From Acidobacteriota bacterium (lineage in GTDB: Bacteria > Acidobacteriota > UBA6911): a stretch of DNA of 64,000 nt. A model generated the notes under the pieces. It did not search any database, was not told the DNA's origin, and saw only the letters and a list, made by a program, of their open reading frames with translations. This document shows positions 25,865-36,105 of the stretch, one piece after another. The stretch lies in assembly GCA_963664705.1 (NCBI GenBank), contig OY761556.1:5472001-5536000 (forward strand), written 5' to 3'. The stretch's first letter is position 1. Each line of letters opens with the position of its first letter. The position numbers and the translations under genes are program-made.

Positions 25865-28002
25865 TTCAGCCCTTGGATAGCATTGGTTCTTTGCGCGATC
25901 GCCCACTCCGCGCATAATGTGGCGCGGTAACCATCCCAGGCAGTGACCCCCAATTCGCCTTGTCCGCGCAGAGCATCGTAAAAGTTTTGGAGTTGCTCTT
26001 TCTGGCCTTTCTCGATCTTTGGCGTTTTTAAACCCTTTGAGTCAATTCCCCAGACATCAAGAGAACGAAAGTCGTCGAGAATAAAGGACGCTCCGCCGGC
26101 AAATACCTCAACCCGCTCCTTGCCCGCACCGCCTGCGCCATCTCCAGTGTAGATCAAGGTGCCGATTGAGCCATCCCCGAATTCGACAACCGCCACCGCC
26201 TCATCGCGCTTCTTTCCTGCGGGAGATGTGGAATGCACGGCCGTTGGCTCTGCTGCGGCCAGGAAGGACATGAAATCGAAGAAATGTACTCCCTCACCCA
26301 AAATGCGCCCTCCGCCTTGCACGGGATCGAGCAGCCAGTGCTCTGGCGGGAGAGATCCGGCGTTTACGCGATAGATAATATTTTTGGGGCCGGCAATCCG
26401 TGTCAGAAGGCGCTTCAATAGTGCCGCATGTGGCGAGAAGCGCCGGTTGAAACCGACGGTCAGCAGGGCTTTCTTTTGCTCGACCATTTTTGCCAGTTCT
26501 TCGCCCTGCTGTGCCGTCATGGTCATGGGCTTTTCAACAAACACCGATTTGCCCGCTTCGATGGCGGCGCGCGCAATGGGGTAATGCAGATCATGGCGCG
26601 TTGCAATATAGACAACCTCAATCGCAGGGTCTGACAGCATTTCCCTATAGTCTGTGCATCCCCGGAGGAATCCATCTTTCTCCACCGCGCCGCGAACGGT
26701 AAGCCCCGTCCTGCCGCATACCGATGTTAAAGAAAACCCGGCATGAGCCTTGATCAATGGGAAAAGCATTGCGCGAAAATAGCCGCCATATCCAACCACT
26801 CCGACATGGATTGCATCGGATTTGCTTCGGGGAGAGGCTGCCCGGGCGGGGGCATAGGTTGTAATGCGAGGGGTAGTCTCCGCCGCAAGCTTATAATCGA
26901 GGATCACGCCGATCGGTCTCTTGTCGGATGCAAGCGAAGCATAGGCTTCCGGCGCCTTTTCGACCGGATACACTGCGTCAATCAACTCGCGAACAGGAAG
27001 CAAGCCTGCTGAGATCTGACGCAGGACTTCTTCAAGATTTCTTCCCTCTGTCCAGCGGACGTAGCCGAAGGGATAGTCATGGCCTTTTTCCTCATATTCG
27101 GAATCGTAGCGGCCCGGGCCGTAGGACGTAGAGATAAAGAAATCGAGCTCCTTTTTGTATATTTTGTCTCGCTGGATACGAATTGGGACATCACCCACGA
27201 GAACCACACGCCCCTTCCTGCGACATGCCTCAAAAGCTTTATTCAAAAGCGCGGGATCGCCTCCGCCCGCCGTCACGATCACGGCATCGGCACCACGTTG
27301 TTCGGTTCTCTCCATCACGCCGGTGGCAAAATCCCGTTGGGAAACGTTGAATCCCGAATGCATTCCCAGCCGTGTTGCGAGCTGGATCCGGTCGTCCTTC
27401 ACATCCACTCCAATGGTTACGCAACCGCTTGCTCGCAGCATTTGAACGGTGAGTTGACCCAACAGTCCGAGCCCGACCACAACCACGCGATCACCGATGG
27501 ATGGGGCACACCGCCTGACTCCTTGCAACGCAATGGCTCCCAGTGTGCCGAACGCTGCCTCTTCGAATGACACGGCATCGGGAATCCTGGCTGCCAGGTT
27601 CTGCGGGACAAAGTTGATGGCTGCATGATTGGCAAATCCAACCCCGCAGCAGGCTACGCGATCGCCCGGCCGAAAGCGCATTACGTCGGGAGCGACATCC
27701 AGGACGACACCTGCGCAGGAATAGCCTGTCACCTGTTCACTCGAAAGTCTGCCTTTGACAAGATCGACCGTGTTCTGTAGACCATGGCTGGAGATTCGAT
27801 CAATGACTTTGCGTACCAATTGGGGGTTGCGGATTGCCTTCATGACAAGGCTCTCCTGTTTTCCACTGCCGATTCCCGCCGATTCCGTACCGGCGCTGAT
27901 CAGGGAGTGACTTGTCCGGATCAGGATTCCGCCCGGTTGCAACGCCGGTTCCGGAACGTCGACCACACGGATCTCACCTCGCATGACTGCAACTTGAAGC
28001 AC
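25861..28002 (-). CDS. Bi-domain oxidoreductase (MDR-like plus Gfo/Idh/MocA)
   Basis: SLISAGTE, GYSCAG, GLGLLG, SYGPGRYD, YVRWTE; C-half IATRHDLH, VEKP, VGFNRRF, GEGVHFFD. Confidence 0.9.
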   Translation of the reverse strand: MLQVAVMRGEIRVVDVPEPALQPGGILIRTSHSLISAGTESAGIGSGKQESLVMKAIRNPQLVRKVIDRISSHGLQNTVDLVKGRLSSEQVTGYSCAGVVLDVAPDVMRFRPGDRVACCGVGFANHAAINFVPQNLAARIPDAVSFEEAAFGTLGAIALQGVRRCAPSIGDRVVVVGLGLLGQLTVQMLRASGCVTIGVDVKDDRIQLATRLGMHSGFNVSQRDFATGVMERTEQRGADAVIVTAGGGDPALLNKAFEACRRKGRVVLVGDVPIRIQRDKIYKKELDFFISTSYGPGRYDSEYEEKGHDYPFGYVRWTEGRNLEEVLRQISAGLLPVRELIDAVYPVEKAPEAYASLASDKRPIGVILDYKLAAETTPRITTYAPARAASPRSKSDAIHVGVVGYGGYFRAMLFPLIKAHAGFSLTSVCGRTGLTVRGAVEKDGFLRGCTDYREMLSDPAIEVVYIATRHDLHYPIARAAIEAGKSVFVEKPMTMTAQQGEELAKMVEQKKALLTVGFNRRFSPHAALLKRLLTRIAGPKNIIYRVNAGSLPPEHWLLDPVQGGGRILGEGVHFFDFMSFLAAAEPTAVHSTSPAGKKRDEAVAVVEFGDGSIGTLIYTGDGAGGAGKERVEVFAGGASFILDDFRSLDVWGIDSKGLKTPKIEKGQKEQLQNFYDALRGQGELGVTAWDGYRATLCAEWAIAQRTNAIQGLK

Positions 28003-30034
28003 TCGGTTTTTCTCCTTCCTGGTTGCTTGCCGTTAAAGCCCAGGTGAGCTCAAACGGGAGTTTCGCGCGAATGGAAGCGACACAAACAGGTCGTGCCTGC
28101 TTGATGCCATAGGACGGGGCAAACCAGCCTTCCCGCTCTTCAAATCGCATTTGCGGCCCGGATTCCTGCTGGATGGTTACAGTAAAGCAATCCGGCCAGC
28201 AGATCTCAATCACTTTTCCCGACTTGAACTGCAAGGTGGTCCCGGGCGCAGCGTGGAAAAAGAACTCGATCAGATGTTCGGATTCTCCTTCAAGCCGGTC
28301 ATACAGTCGCATATGCGGTTCATTCGAATCCAGTTCAAATTTCCTAAATACTGTTACGGGGTCAGATAACCGCCGATATCCCGTGTGGCCGGCACCAAAA
28401 GTATATTTTCCATCATCACAACCGCACATAACATCGATGGGTTGCGCATCGTTGCCGAGGAACCAAAGCGTCGGCGGCGAAAGGAAGTGATTGATTTCCT
28501 CTCCATCCACACGAATCGTGTTGTGAAATTCCGTTGATCGGAAGCGATTGCGCCATTCCGGCGAAGCCGTGTAGACAAACAGACCCGAATCGGTGAGCAC
28601 GGGGCGGCCGCATACGTGCCACTCGAAGGAGAGGCAATCGTTATGTCCGTGTCCGCCGAGACCTTTGAATCCAACCGGTCCGGCATCGATGAACAAATAG
28701 TGTTGTGGCGAGTGAAAGAGGTAGAAACCGGCGTCCTTGAATTGACTCCATCCGGCAGTCGGACTGAAAGAAGCCGGCCGGGAGTTCTCCTTAAGGGCAG
28801 ATGGACCGAGCAGCCAAAGAGAGTATTCGCGGGGAGCGAAGGCATCAGAGATATCCTCGCCGCTCCCGAAAAGCGCATGCCCTGCCTCCAGCAGGTATCG
28901 ATGATCCCGAATAGCGGTGTTGTCAAAAATGACGACTCGCCCGTCATCGGCATCGCCGATTACCGGAGATGCCCCGCCGGGAGTGACGTAGGCTTGAACA
29001 AACCGGATCATGCGTTCGAGTTTATTCCAGTAGACATCCGAGGGAGCCTGTCCCGACAACTGCATCAGGCGTGCACCGGTCAGAAAGATTTCCAGCGTCA
29101 GGCGGTGATAGGGAACCGAACCTTCTATATCCACGCCGTCATCCGTCACCTGAAGCCGGATTTCCTCCTCAAGGATAGCCGATCCGCGTCGGAACCATTC
29201 TTTACCCTCGGCAAAATCCCGAAAGAGCGCACCGCAGGCAACCATTCCGAGAGCATCGGCGATGTAATGATTGCCATTGATGTGCGCCATCTCCAGATGA
29301 TCCGGGATCCACAATCCGTGTCTATACAAGTCAGTGAGGATTTCGTCGAGGAAGCCGTCGTCAAAAGGAGCATCGGCAAACAGAGCCAAGGCCCAAATCC
29401 AGTTCGTGGCACGAATGGCAACCTCCATTGTGCATGCCCAATTGACTCCGAAACCGGCTGGGTTTGACCGGATCCACGATCGGATTTGTGCCTGAAATTC
29501 AGATAAGACGCGCGGGTCGCGGTCAATGAGCCACGCTTGACCTAAAGTGACCAAATGATAGCCTCGGGATAATTCCCAGGGAACCTTGACATCATTCGGC
29601 AGGTGCAGTTCGGCATAATCCATTTGGGTCGAGCGCCCAAGAGTCCAGCGCAGCCCGGACTTAAAGTCAAGGTGCCAGTCGATTTCGGTGCCGAGCCGCT
29701 TTGGACCGGATCCAAGAAGACTAAATTCGTGATCGAGTATTTTCCCGATTCTCTCCTGAAGGCTGATCCGGGCTGGAGCCATCGAATGCGCGTACAGACC
29801 GCGCAACTGTTCTCTTTCCGATTCACTGTAAATGAATCCGGTCGATACCAGGTTTTGCCAGAAGGAGCCGAGCGATGGATACCCGGTTTCAGAGGCAAGT
29901 GCTCCAGCGTTGAGGCGACGCAGCCTCCGCAGCAACCACCGCGAGCGAATCAGCCGGGTCACTTCCTGCGTCGCGCGTCGCGCCAGATATCCTGGATTCC
30001 GGGCAGCGCGCTTTAGGAGTGCAATGGCTCTCAT
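27974..30034 (-). CDS. Heparinase II/III-like protein (second copy, different subtype)
   Basis: DVKVPWELSR, GVNWACTMEVAIR, NHY, EGSVPYH, GDADDG, GGHGHNDCLSFE, RSTEFHNT. Confidence 0.88.
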   Translation of the reverse strand: MRAIALLKRAARNPGYLARRATQEVTRLIRSRWLLRRLRRLNAGALASETGYPSLGSFWQNLVSTGFIYSESEREQLRGLYAHSMAPARISLQERIGKILDHEFSLLGSGPKRLGTEIDWHLDFKSGLRWTLGRSTQMDYAELHLPNDVKVPWELSRGYHLVTLGQAWLIDRDPRVLSEFQAQIRSWIRSNPAGFGVNWACTMEVAIRATNWIWALALFADAPFDDGFLDEILTDLYRHGLWIPDHLEMAHINGNHYIADALGMVACGALFRDFAEGKEWFRRGSAILEEEIRLQVTDDGVDIEGSVPYHRLTLEIFLTGARLMQLSGQAPSDVYWNKLERMIRFVQAYVTPGGASPVIGDADDGRVVIFDNTAIRDHRYLLEAGHALFGSGEDISDAFAPREYSLWLLGPSALKENSRPASFSPTAGWSQFKDAGFYLFHSPQHYLFIDAGPVGFKGLGGHGHNDCLSFEWHVCGRPVLTDSGLFVYTASPEWRNRFRSTEFHNTIRVDGEEINHFLSPPTLWFLGNDAQPIDVMCGCDDGKYTFGAGHTGYRRLSDPVTVFRKFELDSNEPHMRLYDRLEGESEHLIEFFFHAAPGTTLQFKSGKVIEICWPDCFTVTIQQESGPQMRFEEREGWFAPSYGIKQARPVCVASIRAKLPFELTWALTASNQEGEKPSASSCSHAR

Positions 30035-32052
30035 GCGGCTGTCTCCCGGTGTGCTCCATCAATCCATGTGTCGAACCAGGCAACTGCATTATAAAAAGTC
30101 CAAACATACAGCGCAAAATCCGCCCGCCCGGCGCGGTGGCGCTGCAGCATATTTAGAACGGAATCGCATTTAGCCGGGAAATAGTCGAAAAATCGCGTAG
30201 CACGGAACTGGGCTTCCACAGCTTTGCCGAAATCGCCACGGAGCCACTCCACCATGGGAGCTCCAAACCCCATTTTGGGTCGGTCAATGATATCGTTGGG
30301 GATCAGGTTCCGGACCGCTTCCTTCAGCACCCATTTGGTTGTGCCATTTTTCACTTTCAGGCCCATCGGCAGGTTCATTGTGAACTCGACCAGCTTATGG
30401 TCAAGAAACGGGACGCGAGGCTCAATGGAAACGGACATCCCTATTTTATCGACGCGCATTAATAGAAGCTCCGGAAGCCTCAGTTTGAATTCGGTGTAGA
30501 TCATTCGCGTCAGAAAATCGTTTCCGGGCGCGAGCCGGTCGAGTCGCTCGAAAAAGGATTGAATGACGGCATAGGTATCGGTTGTATCGTATGTGCGAGG
30601 AAGCAGTTTGGAATTCCACATTGCTTCAGGAATACCAAGTGATTCAATGCGCTCCCGATCGATGAGCCTTGATTTGCGGGACTCGCTCAATACCATGGCC
30701 CCGCTCCAAAAGGCTTCACGGTCAAAGCCCGCCCGGTAGATTACATCCAGATAAGGGTCGTGACGATCGTGGATCGCGGTTATGCCATGGGCAATGCGCC
30801 CTGCCGAGTGTTTGACAAAGCGAGGCAGATGCGCGAAAGCCCTCCAGAAGTTGCGGTACATTTGCAGATGCATCATGTAATTGCGATAGCCGCAAAACTG
30901 CTCGTCGCTGCCTTCGCCCACCTGCACGACAATCGTGCCGCTGTCGCGGACCAGTTTGGAAACAAAATAAAGTGGAATGCAGACCCAATCCGCAATCGGC
31001 TCGTCCTGTGAAAAAATCAGCCTTGGCAGATAGTCTCGCATCGTTTTTTCGTCCACCAGGATTTCATGGTGTTCGGTTTTAAATACGCTTGCGATCTTTC
31101 GCGCATAGCTCAGCTCATTCAGGTAATCATGATCGGAAAACCCAACCGTGAAAGTCCGTACCGGGGAGTCGAGATGTTTCGACATAAGAGCCACGTTTGT
31201 GGATGAGTCAATGCCGCCGGAGAGAAAGACGCCGAAAGGAACGTCCGACATCATTCGTTTTTCGATAGCCGAATCGAGGAGATCCCGGGTTCGTCGGATC
31301 GCATAGTCCTCGAGCGCCTTACCCGAGAGGCCGCGGAGTTCCAGTACATCCTCTCCCGATCCGGGTAATGCATCCCAGTAGCGCTCTGCGGACATATCGC
31401 CGGACGCTGCAATGAACGCCCTGTGTCCTGCAGGCATTTTATAAATGCCGCGAAACATTGTGAGCGGCGCAGGAGTCGTTAGAAAACTGAGATAGTGATA
31501 GACGGAAGTCGGTTCAATATCCGCGGTGAACGAAGGAAGGTTCAGAATAGCCTTTATCTCGGAAGCGAATATGAAAGCAGACTTGTTCCAGGCGAAATAT
31601 AGGGGCTTAATGCCGACGCGATCACGGGCGAGAAGCAGGCGCTGCTTTTTCTCGTCCCATATTCCGATGGCAAACATTCCTTCGAGACGCTCGACGACCC
31701 TTTCGCCCCATTGCTCGTATCCGTGAACAATAACTTCGGTGTCCGAATGGTCGGTTCTAAACTGATGCCCCTTCTCCAAAAGCTCCCGCCGAAGAGATTT
31801 ATGGTTATATATCTCGCCGTTGAAAACGATGTGGACGGTTCCATCTTCATTTTGCATCGGCTGGTTGGCGTTTGCGGACAGATCCACGATGGCCAGACGA
31901 CGAAAGCCCAGACCGAGACGTCTTTCCGGAGACAGCCACAAGCCGTGTCCATCCGGTCCCCGGTGGACCATCGAATCGCGCATACGCGCGAGAATCTCGC
32001 CATCTACCGGTTCAGAACTATGCAAAGAGAGCCAGCCGACAATGCCGCACAT
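30031..32052 (-). CDS. asnB: Asparagine synthase (glutamine-hydrolysing)-like amidotransferase
   Basis: MCGI N-terminus, HRGPD, FNGEIYNH, RDRVGIKPLY, LSGGIDS, GEGSDE, RVPFLDH, KMGF. Confidence 0.92.
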   Translation of the reverse strand: MCGIVGWLSLHSSEPVDGEILARMRDSMVHRGPDGHGLWLSPERRLGLGFRRLAIVDLSANANQPMQNEDGTVHIVFNGEIYNHKSLRRELLEKGHQFRTDHSDTEVIVHGYEQWGERVVERLEGMFAIGIWDEKKQRLLLARDRVGIKPLYFAWNKSAFIFASEIKAILNLPSFTADIEPTSVYHYLSFLTTPAPLTMFRGIYKMPAGHRAFIAASGDMSAERYWDALPGSGEDVLELRGLSGKALEDYAIRRTRDLLDSAIEKRMMSDVPFGVFLSGGIDSSTNVALMSKHLDSPVRTFTVGFSDHDYLNELSYARKIASVFKTEHHEILVDEKTMRDYLPRLIFSQDEPIADWVCIPLYFVSKLVRDSGTIVVQVGEGSDEQFCGYRNYMMHLQMYRNFWRAFAHLPRFVKHSAGRIAHGITAIHDRHDPYLDVIYRAGFDREAFWSGAMVLSESRKSRLIDRERIESLGIPEAMWNSKLLPRTYDTTDTYAVIQSFFERLDRLAPGNDFLTRMIYTEFKLRLPELLLMRVDKIGMSVSIEPRVPFLDHKLVEFTMNLPMGLKVKNGTTKWVLKEAVRNLIPNDIIDRPKMGFGAPMVEWLRGDFGKAVEAQFRATRFFDYFPAKCDSVLNMLQRHRAGRADFALYVWTFYNAVAWFDTWIDGAHRETAA

Positions 32053-32569
32053 TTATTTACCTGAGAAGAAAAAGAGCACGCCCGTTGATCCCGGCATCCT
32101 CACACTTTCCCGTAGCCCTCTAGATCGGGTTCTGATTGCCGGCAGGGATCAACCCGGCGAAAGACAGCCTTGACCCATAGGTCCGATTTCGTCTGAGGTG
32201 TCCGCTATCGGTATATGAGAAACAGGGTATTTTACGACGGTCTCCCCGCCGCTGTGAAGCATTGCTTTATCCATGGGTTTACCGCTGGATTTGAGAGCCC
32301 TTAGCTCCTGAATCGAAAACAATGCAGGATTGGTCCCATGCGATCCTGCCTGCCCGATCGATTCCCCCAATCCAAAATGCCCCCGGCACTTTTATATTGC
32401 CTTTCACTGAATTAATAACTATTTTCGATATCCTGACAATGGTGTCTGATGCTGTTGGCGGGAAGAGCCGCGAACTTTAACCACCACGGACAACTCAAGT
32501 TCACAACGGAGCGGCAATTGGCAGCGGGGAAAAGACCACTCCCTGGCGCGGCGCCGGCTTAGGTTTAAT

Positions 32570-35500
32570 ATGAATTCCAGATTGCAGGCTTTTTGTAAAA
32601 CGCTCATGGAGGCCGGCTGGCTAGCGGCCGTGGCGATCATTCCGCTGTTCTTTAACGCCTCTTCCATTCAGACATTTGAGCCGGGCAAGTCATTTGTGCT
32701 CAAAAGTCTGGCGCTGATTTCCGGGGCAGCCTGGCTGCTAAGGCGAATAGACGAAGGCGGCCTGCAAATCGGGCAACAATTTAAGTCTCTCATGCGGAAG
32801 CCGTTGGTATTTCCTGTCTTCATTCTCGCGGGAGTTTATCTGGTGAGTTCCGCGCTTTCGGTGGCGCCTCATCTTAGCTGGTGGGGTGCGTACTATGAAG
32901 CCCAGGGGACAGCGACATTCCTGTGCTATGCAGTTTTTTTCCTTATTGTCCTGACCGAATTGCGCAGCCCCGACCAGGTGAACAGATTGCAATACACCAT
33001 TGTGTTGACCAGCATTCCTGTCGCAGGCTATGCGGTGACGCAGCGTTTTGGAGGAGACCCCTTTCGGTGGGAAGATGCATTTGATGGCCGTTCCGGTGGG
33101 AGCATGGGAAATCCCATTTTTCTGGGCGGCTATCTGATTATGGTAATTCCCCTGACTTTTTGCCGGCTCATTGATGGGCTAAAAGTGTTCCGAAGTGTCT
33201 CTGACCGACGGCCTGTTTTAGTGCGCGCTTGTTTTTGCGGCCTGGCTTTGGTGCTACAGGTTCTGGCTCTTCTTTATACCGAAAGTCGCGGGCCCCTGCT
33301 GGGCTTGGCTGTCGCCGGCTATTTTTGCCTTTCGATTTATCTGATTTTGAGCAAATCGCCTCGACAATCCGGCGCCGCGATTTCTGTTACCCCTGTTTTG
33401 TTGGGAGTTTTTATTCCTGTTCTTGCGCTGGCGGCGGTCCTCCTGGCTTCACGCTTTTTCCCGGGACATGTTTTTGCATGTCTTGAGGTTGTGGTTGCCA
33501 TCATCGCGATTTTGTTTTGGAGCATCTGGAAAACCGCGTGGGGCCGGTCCTGGCTTTGGCTGACATTTCTCGTCCAACCCCTGGTTCTATCTCTTGCGGT
33601 TGCGGTTATTCCGGCGAACATTGCATTCAGAAGTCAGGGGCCGATCGCACCTTTCGGCCGCATTACGCAGCTCTCGGATCCGGGAGTTAAATACAGAGAG
33701 GGTCTTTGGGAGACCGGGGCGCGTTTTCTGAAGGATGGCCCCAAAGCAGATCTGCCGGATGGAACTCCCGATAGCTATCACGTTTTGCGTTCCGTTCTGG
33801 GCTATGGCCCGGAATGTACGTGGTTCGTTACCAATACACTCGCGACTCCTTCATTGATTCGCTACCGCTTCCAGGAATCTGAGAATCGGATGCACAATGA
33901 GATATTTGACGATCTCATCACAACCGGCTATGCCGGGACAGTGGCATATCTGATCCTTGTGGCCAGTGCTTTTTACTACTCTCTTCAGTTTGTCGGATTT
34001 TCCTTTGAGCGGCGCGCCAGGATTGGTTTCGTCGTGCTTGCCATTATCGGGGTCCTTGCCGGCTTATTGATTCCGTGGATGGCCGGCATCCCGCAGTTCA
34101 TAGGCCTTGGGATTACGGTGGGGCTGTTGGCCGGTATTTTTGCATCGATTCTCTGGAGCGGGATTCGATCGCAAGGTGGAGTGGAAATTAGCGCGCGTCA
34201 ACTGCTGGTTCTTGGAATCCTTGGCGCGCTCACCGCTCACTTTATTGAGATTTCAGTAGCGGTTTCCGTCACGTCTACCCGTGTCTATTTCTATCTGTAC
34301 CTGGCGCTGATTGCCGTCTGTTGTTCCGGAGATTGGGTCGCGCAGGAACAGCCCGCAAAGCGCGCCAAAGCCAAATCCTTGAATGCAGAAGCGAATCCAT
34401 GGGTAGCCTTTGCCGCGATCGCCTCCGTTATCGTGTTCGTGCAAACCTGGTGTTTTACCTTTAGCCCCGGAAATGAAACGAGCGCGATCGAGCTTTTCTC
34501 CAAATGCTGGTTCGGCACTTTCGATGGAGGTCAGACCCGGGTCCACACGGCAGTATTGTTGATGCTGCTGACGATTTTTGCCGGTGCGGCCCTTACGTAT
34601 GCCGAGGCTTCCAAGACATCCGCTTGGAAATCCATCATCGGCTTTTCCGCCTTGCTGGCGGGGGTGTGGCTCATTGCGGGCCTGATGTCGGCCTACTTTT
34701 GGGCAGGGTTGGATAACCCAACGCCCCTTGATTACTCCCAACATGCCGAAGCGCGGATGACCCTGTTCGTATTTGGCTGTTTGTTTCTGATCGCAGCAGT
34801 AACTCTTATTCTGCGCGCTGCCGGGCTGCCCGGATCAAAGGATAATTCCGTTCGGAGTTTCGCTGTAATCGCCGGAATTCTCCTGATCATTGGGGCCGGG
34901 ATAGGGACCTGGCGATTGACACTTCGCCCGGCATGGGCAGATATTGCGGCACGCACCGCGCGCATCTATGAATCCACTGGAGATGCTCGCTCTGCCTCCC
35001 TTTTGTACGAAAGAGCCGTAGGGCTGTCGCCCCAAGTGATCCAATACCATTTCTATCTCGGACTGGCACAGATTAAAGCTGCGGGTTTCGATCGTATACG
35101 GTTGGACCAGGCGCGGGCAACCCTGCAAGAAGCCCAAGCTCTGAATGCTTTGGATCCTGTTGTCTACCGGACTTTTGGCACATACCATCTGTATGTGGGG
35201 GAACATTCCTCTGATCCGCAGACTCGGAATACGGAAATTACCCAGGCGATAGGATATTTTGAAAAGGCGCAGAAACTGGCTCCCGGCTATCCCAATGCGT
35301 ACGATGAAAAAGGACGATGCCTTTCACTCCTGGGCAGCTATGAACAGGCGGAGAATGTTTTTCAAAGATCGATGCAGATGCATCCGGATTACTGGCTCAC
35401 TTACAAATACAGGGGTGAGATGCAGTATCGGCAAAGAAATTTTGAGGCTGCGCTTCAAAGTTTCAACAAGGCAGCGGGACTAAATCCAAATGACCTGGAC

Positions 35501-35755
35501 TGCCCGAAAAACGCCGGCGTCCTGCTCGTTCTTCTGGGCCGGCCGGGCGAGGCCATTCGCATAACTCTGGAAGCGCTAAAAAAGGCCCCCAATGATTCCA
35601 TGCTGCTGGCAAACGTCGCGTCCTGGTATTTCCTCGCAGGAGATTACAATGCAGGCACCGATTTTGCGAAGCGTGCCTATGACCTAATTCCAGGCGCATC
35701 TAAAGGTAGTTTTGCGGATTATAGGGAGAAGCTGCAGAATAAAACGTGGAACTAG
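32570..35755 (+). CDS. Large O-antigen ligase/O-oligosaccharyltransferase-like (Wzy_C) membrane protein with C-terminal TPRs
   Basis: GSMGNPIFLGGYL, TESRGPLLG, GYGPE, RMHNE; many TM segments; TPR tail. Confidence 0.8.
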   Translation: MNSRLQAFCKTLMEAGWLAAVAIIPLFFNASSIQTFEPGKSFVLKSLALISGAAWLLRRIDEGGLQIGQQFKSLMRKPLVFPVFILAGVYLVSSALSVAPHLSWWGAYYEAQGTATFLCYAVFFLIVLTELRSPDQVNRLQYTIVLTSIPVAGYAVTQRFGGDPFRWEDAFDGRSGGSMGNPIFLGGYLIMVIPLTFCRLIDGLKVFRSVSDRRPVLVRACFCGLALVLQVLALLYTESRGPLLGLAVAGYFCLSIYLILSKSPRQSGAAISVTPVLLGVFIPVLALAAVLLASRFFPGHVFACLEVVVAIIAILFWSIWKTAWGRSWLWLTFLVQPLVLSLAVAVIPANIAFRSQGPIAPFGRITQLSDPGVKYREGLWETGARFLKDGPKADLPDGTPDSYHVLRSVLGYGPECTWFVTNTLATPSLIRYRFQESENRMHNEIFDDLITTGYAGTVAYLILVASAFYYSLQFVGFSFERRARIGFVVLAIIGVLAGLLIPWMAGIPQFIGLGITVGLLAGIFASILWSGIRSQGGVEISARQLLVLGILGALTAHFIEISVAVSVTSTRVYFYLYLALIAVCCSGDWVAQEQPAKRAKAKSLNAEANPWVAFAAIASVIVFVQTWCFTFSPGNETSAIELFSKCWFGTFDGGQTRVHTAVLLMLLTIFAGAALTYAEASKTSAWKSIIGFSALLAGVWLIAGLMSAYFWAGLDNPTPLDYSQHAEARMTLFVFGCLFLIAAVTLILRAAGLPGSKDNSVRSFAVIAGILLIIGAGIGTWRLTLRPAWADIAARTARIYESTGDARSASLLYERAVGLSPQVIQYHFYLGLAQIKAAGFDRIRLDQARATLQEAQALNALDPVVYRTFGTYHLYVGEHSSDPQTRNTEITQAIGYFEKAQKLAPGYPNAYDEKGRCLSLLGSYEQAENVFQRSMQMHPDYWLTYKYRGEMQYRQRNFEAALQSFNKAAGLNPNDLDCPKNAGVLLVLLGRPGEAIRITLEALKKAPNDSMLLANVASWYFLAGDYNAGTDFAKRAYDLIPGASKGSFADYREKLQNKTWN

Positions 35756-35806
35756 GCTTTACCTGCGGGTGATAAAACCTGACTTGACCGAAATAGTAAC
35801 CCCATT

Positions 35807-36020
35807 AACCGCGAAGACCTCGAAGACCGCAAAGAAAATATTCTTGCGGTTATCGTTCTCGCCAGATCATACGCTGGATTCCATCCTTGAAGCCTCATAC
35901 ATCAGGCACCGCTGAATCGACAATAGGATGCGCAACTTCTTTCCTATCCATCACGCCATCTCATTGCCCGGCAGCAAAATGAGCCAATAGATCTTTGCGG
36001 TCTTCGAGGTCTTCGCGGTT
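35807..36020. mobile_element. Small non-autonomous element with perfect 29-bp inverted repeats (REPIN/MITE-like)
   Basis: AACCGCGAAGACCTCGAAGACCGCAAAGA (35807-35835) and its exact reverse complement (35992-36020). Confidence 0.6.
35850..35951 (-). pseudogene. Internally deleted GxxExxY-family-like remnant
   Basis: Translates as MDRKEVAHPIVDSAVPDV*GFKDGIQRMIWRER*, resembling the N-terminus (..IVDxA) and C-terminus (..KDGIxR) of GxxExxY proteins with the core missing. Confidence 0.5.
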
Positions 36021-36105
36021 CAAAGAAAAAACTGATAACTTAAAAAAGTTATAGAGTGAAGCTGCAGAACAAAACGTGGAACTAGGTTTTACCTGCGGGT
36101 GATAA

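Noticed and set aside
32149-32370. 73-aa ORF upstream of asnB; ops/JUMPstart-like site
   Set aside because: No motifs or clear SD; GGCGGGGAG does not match the ops core GGCGGTAG
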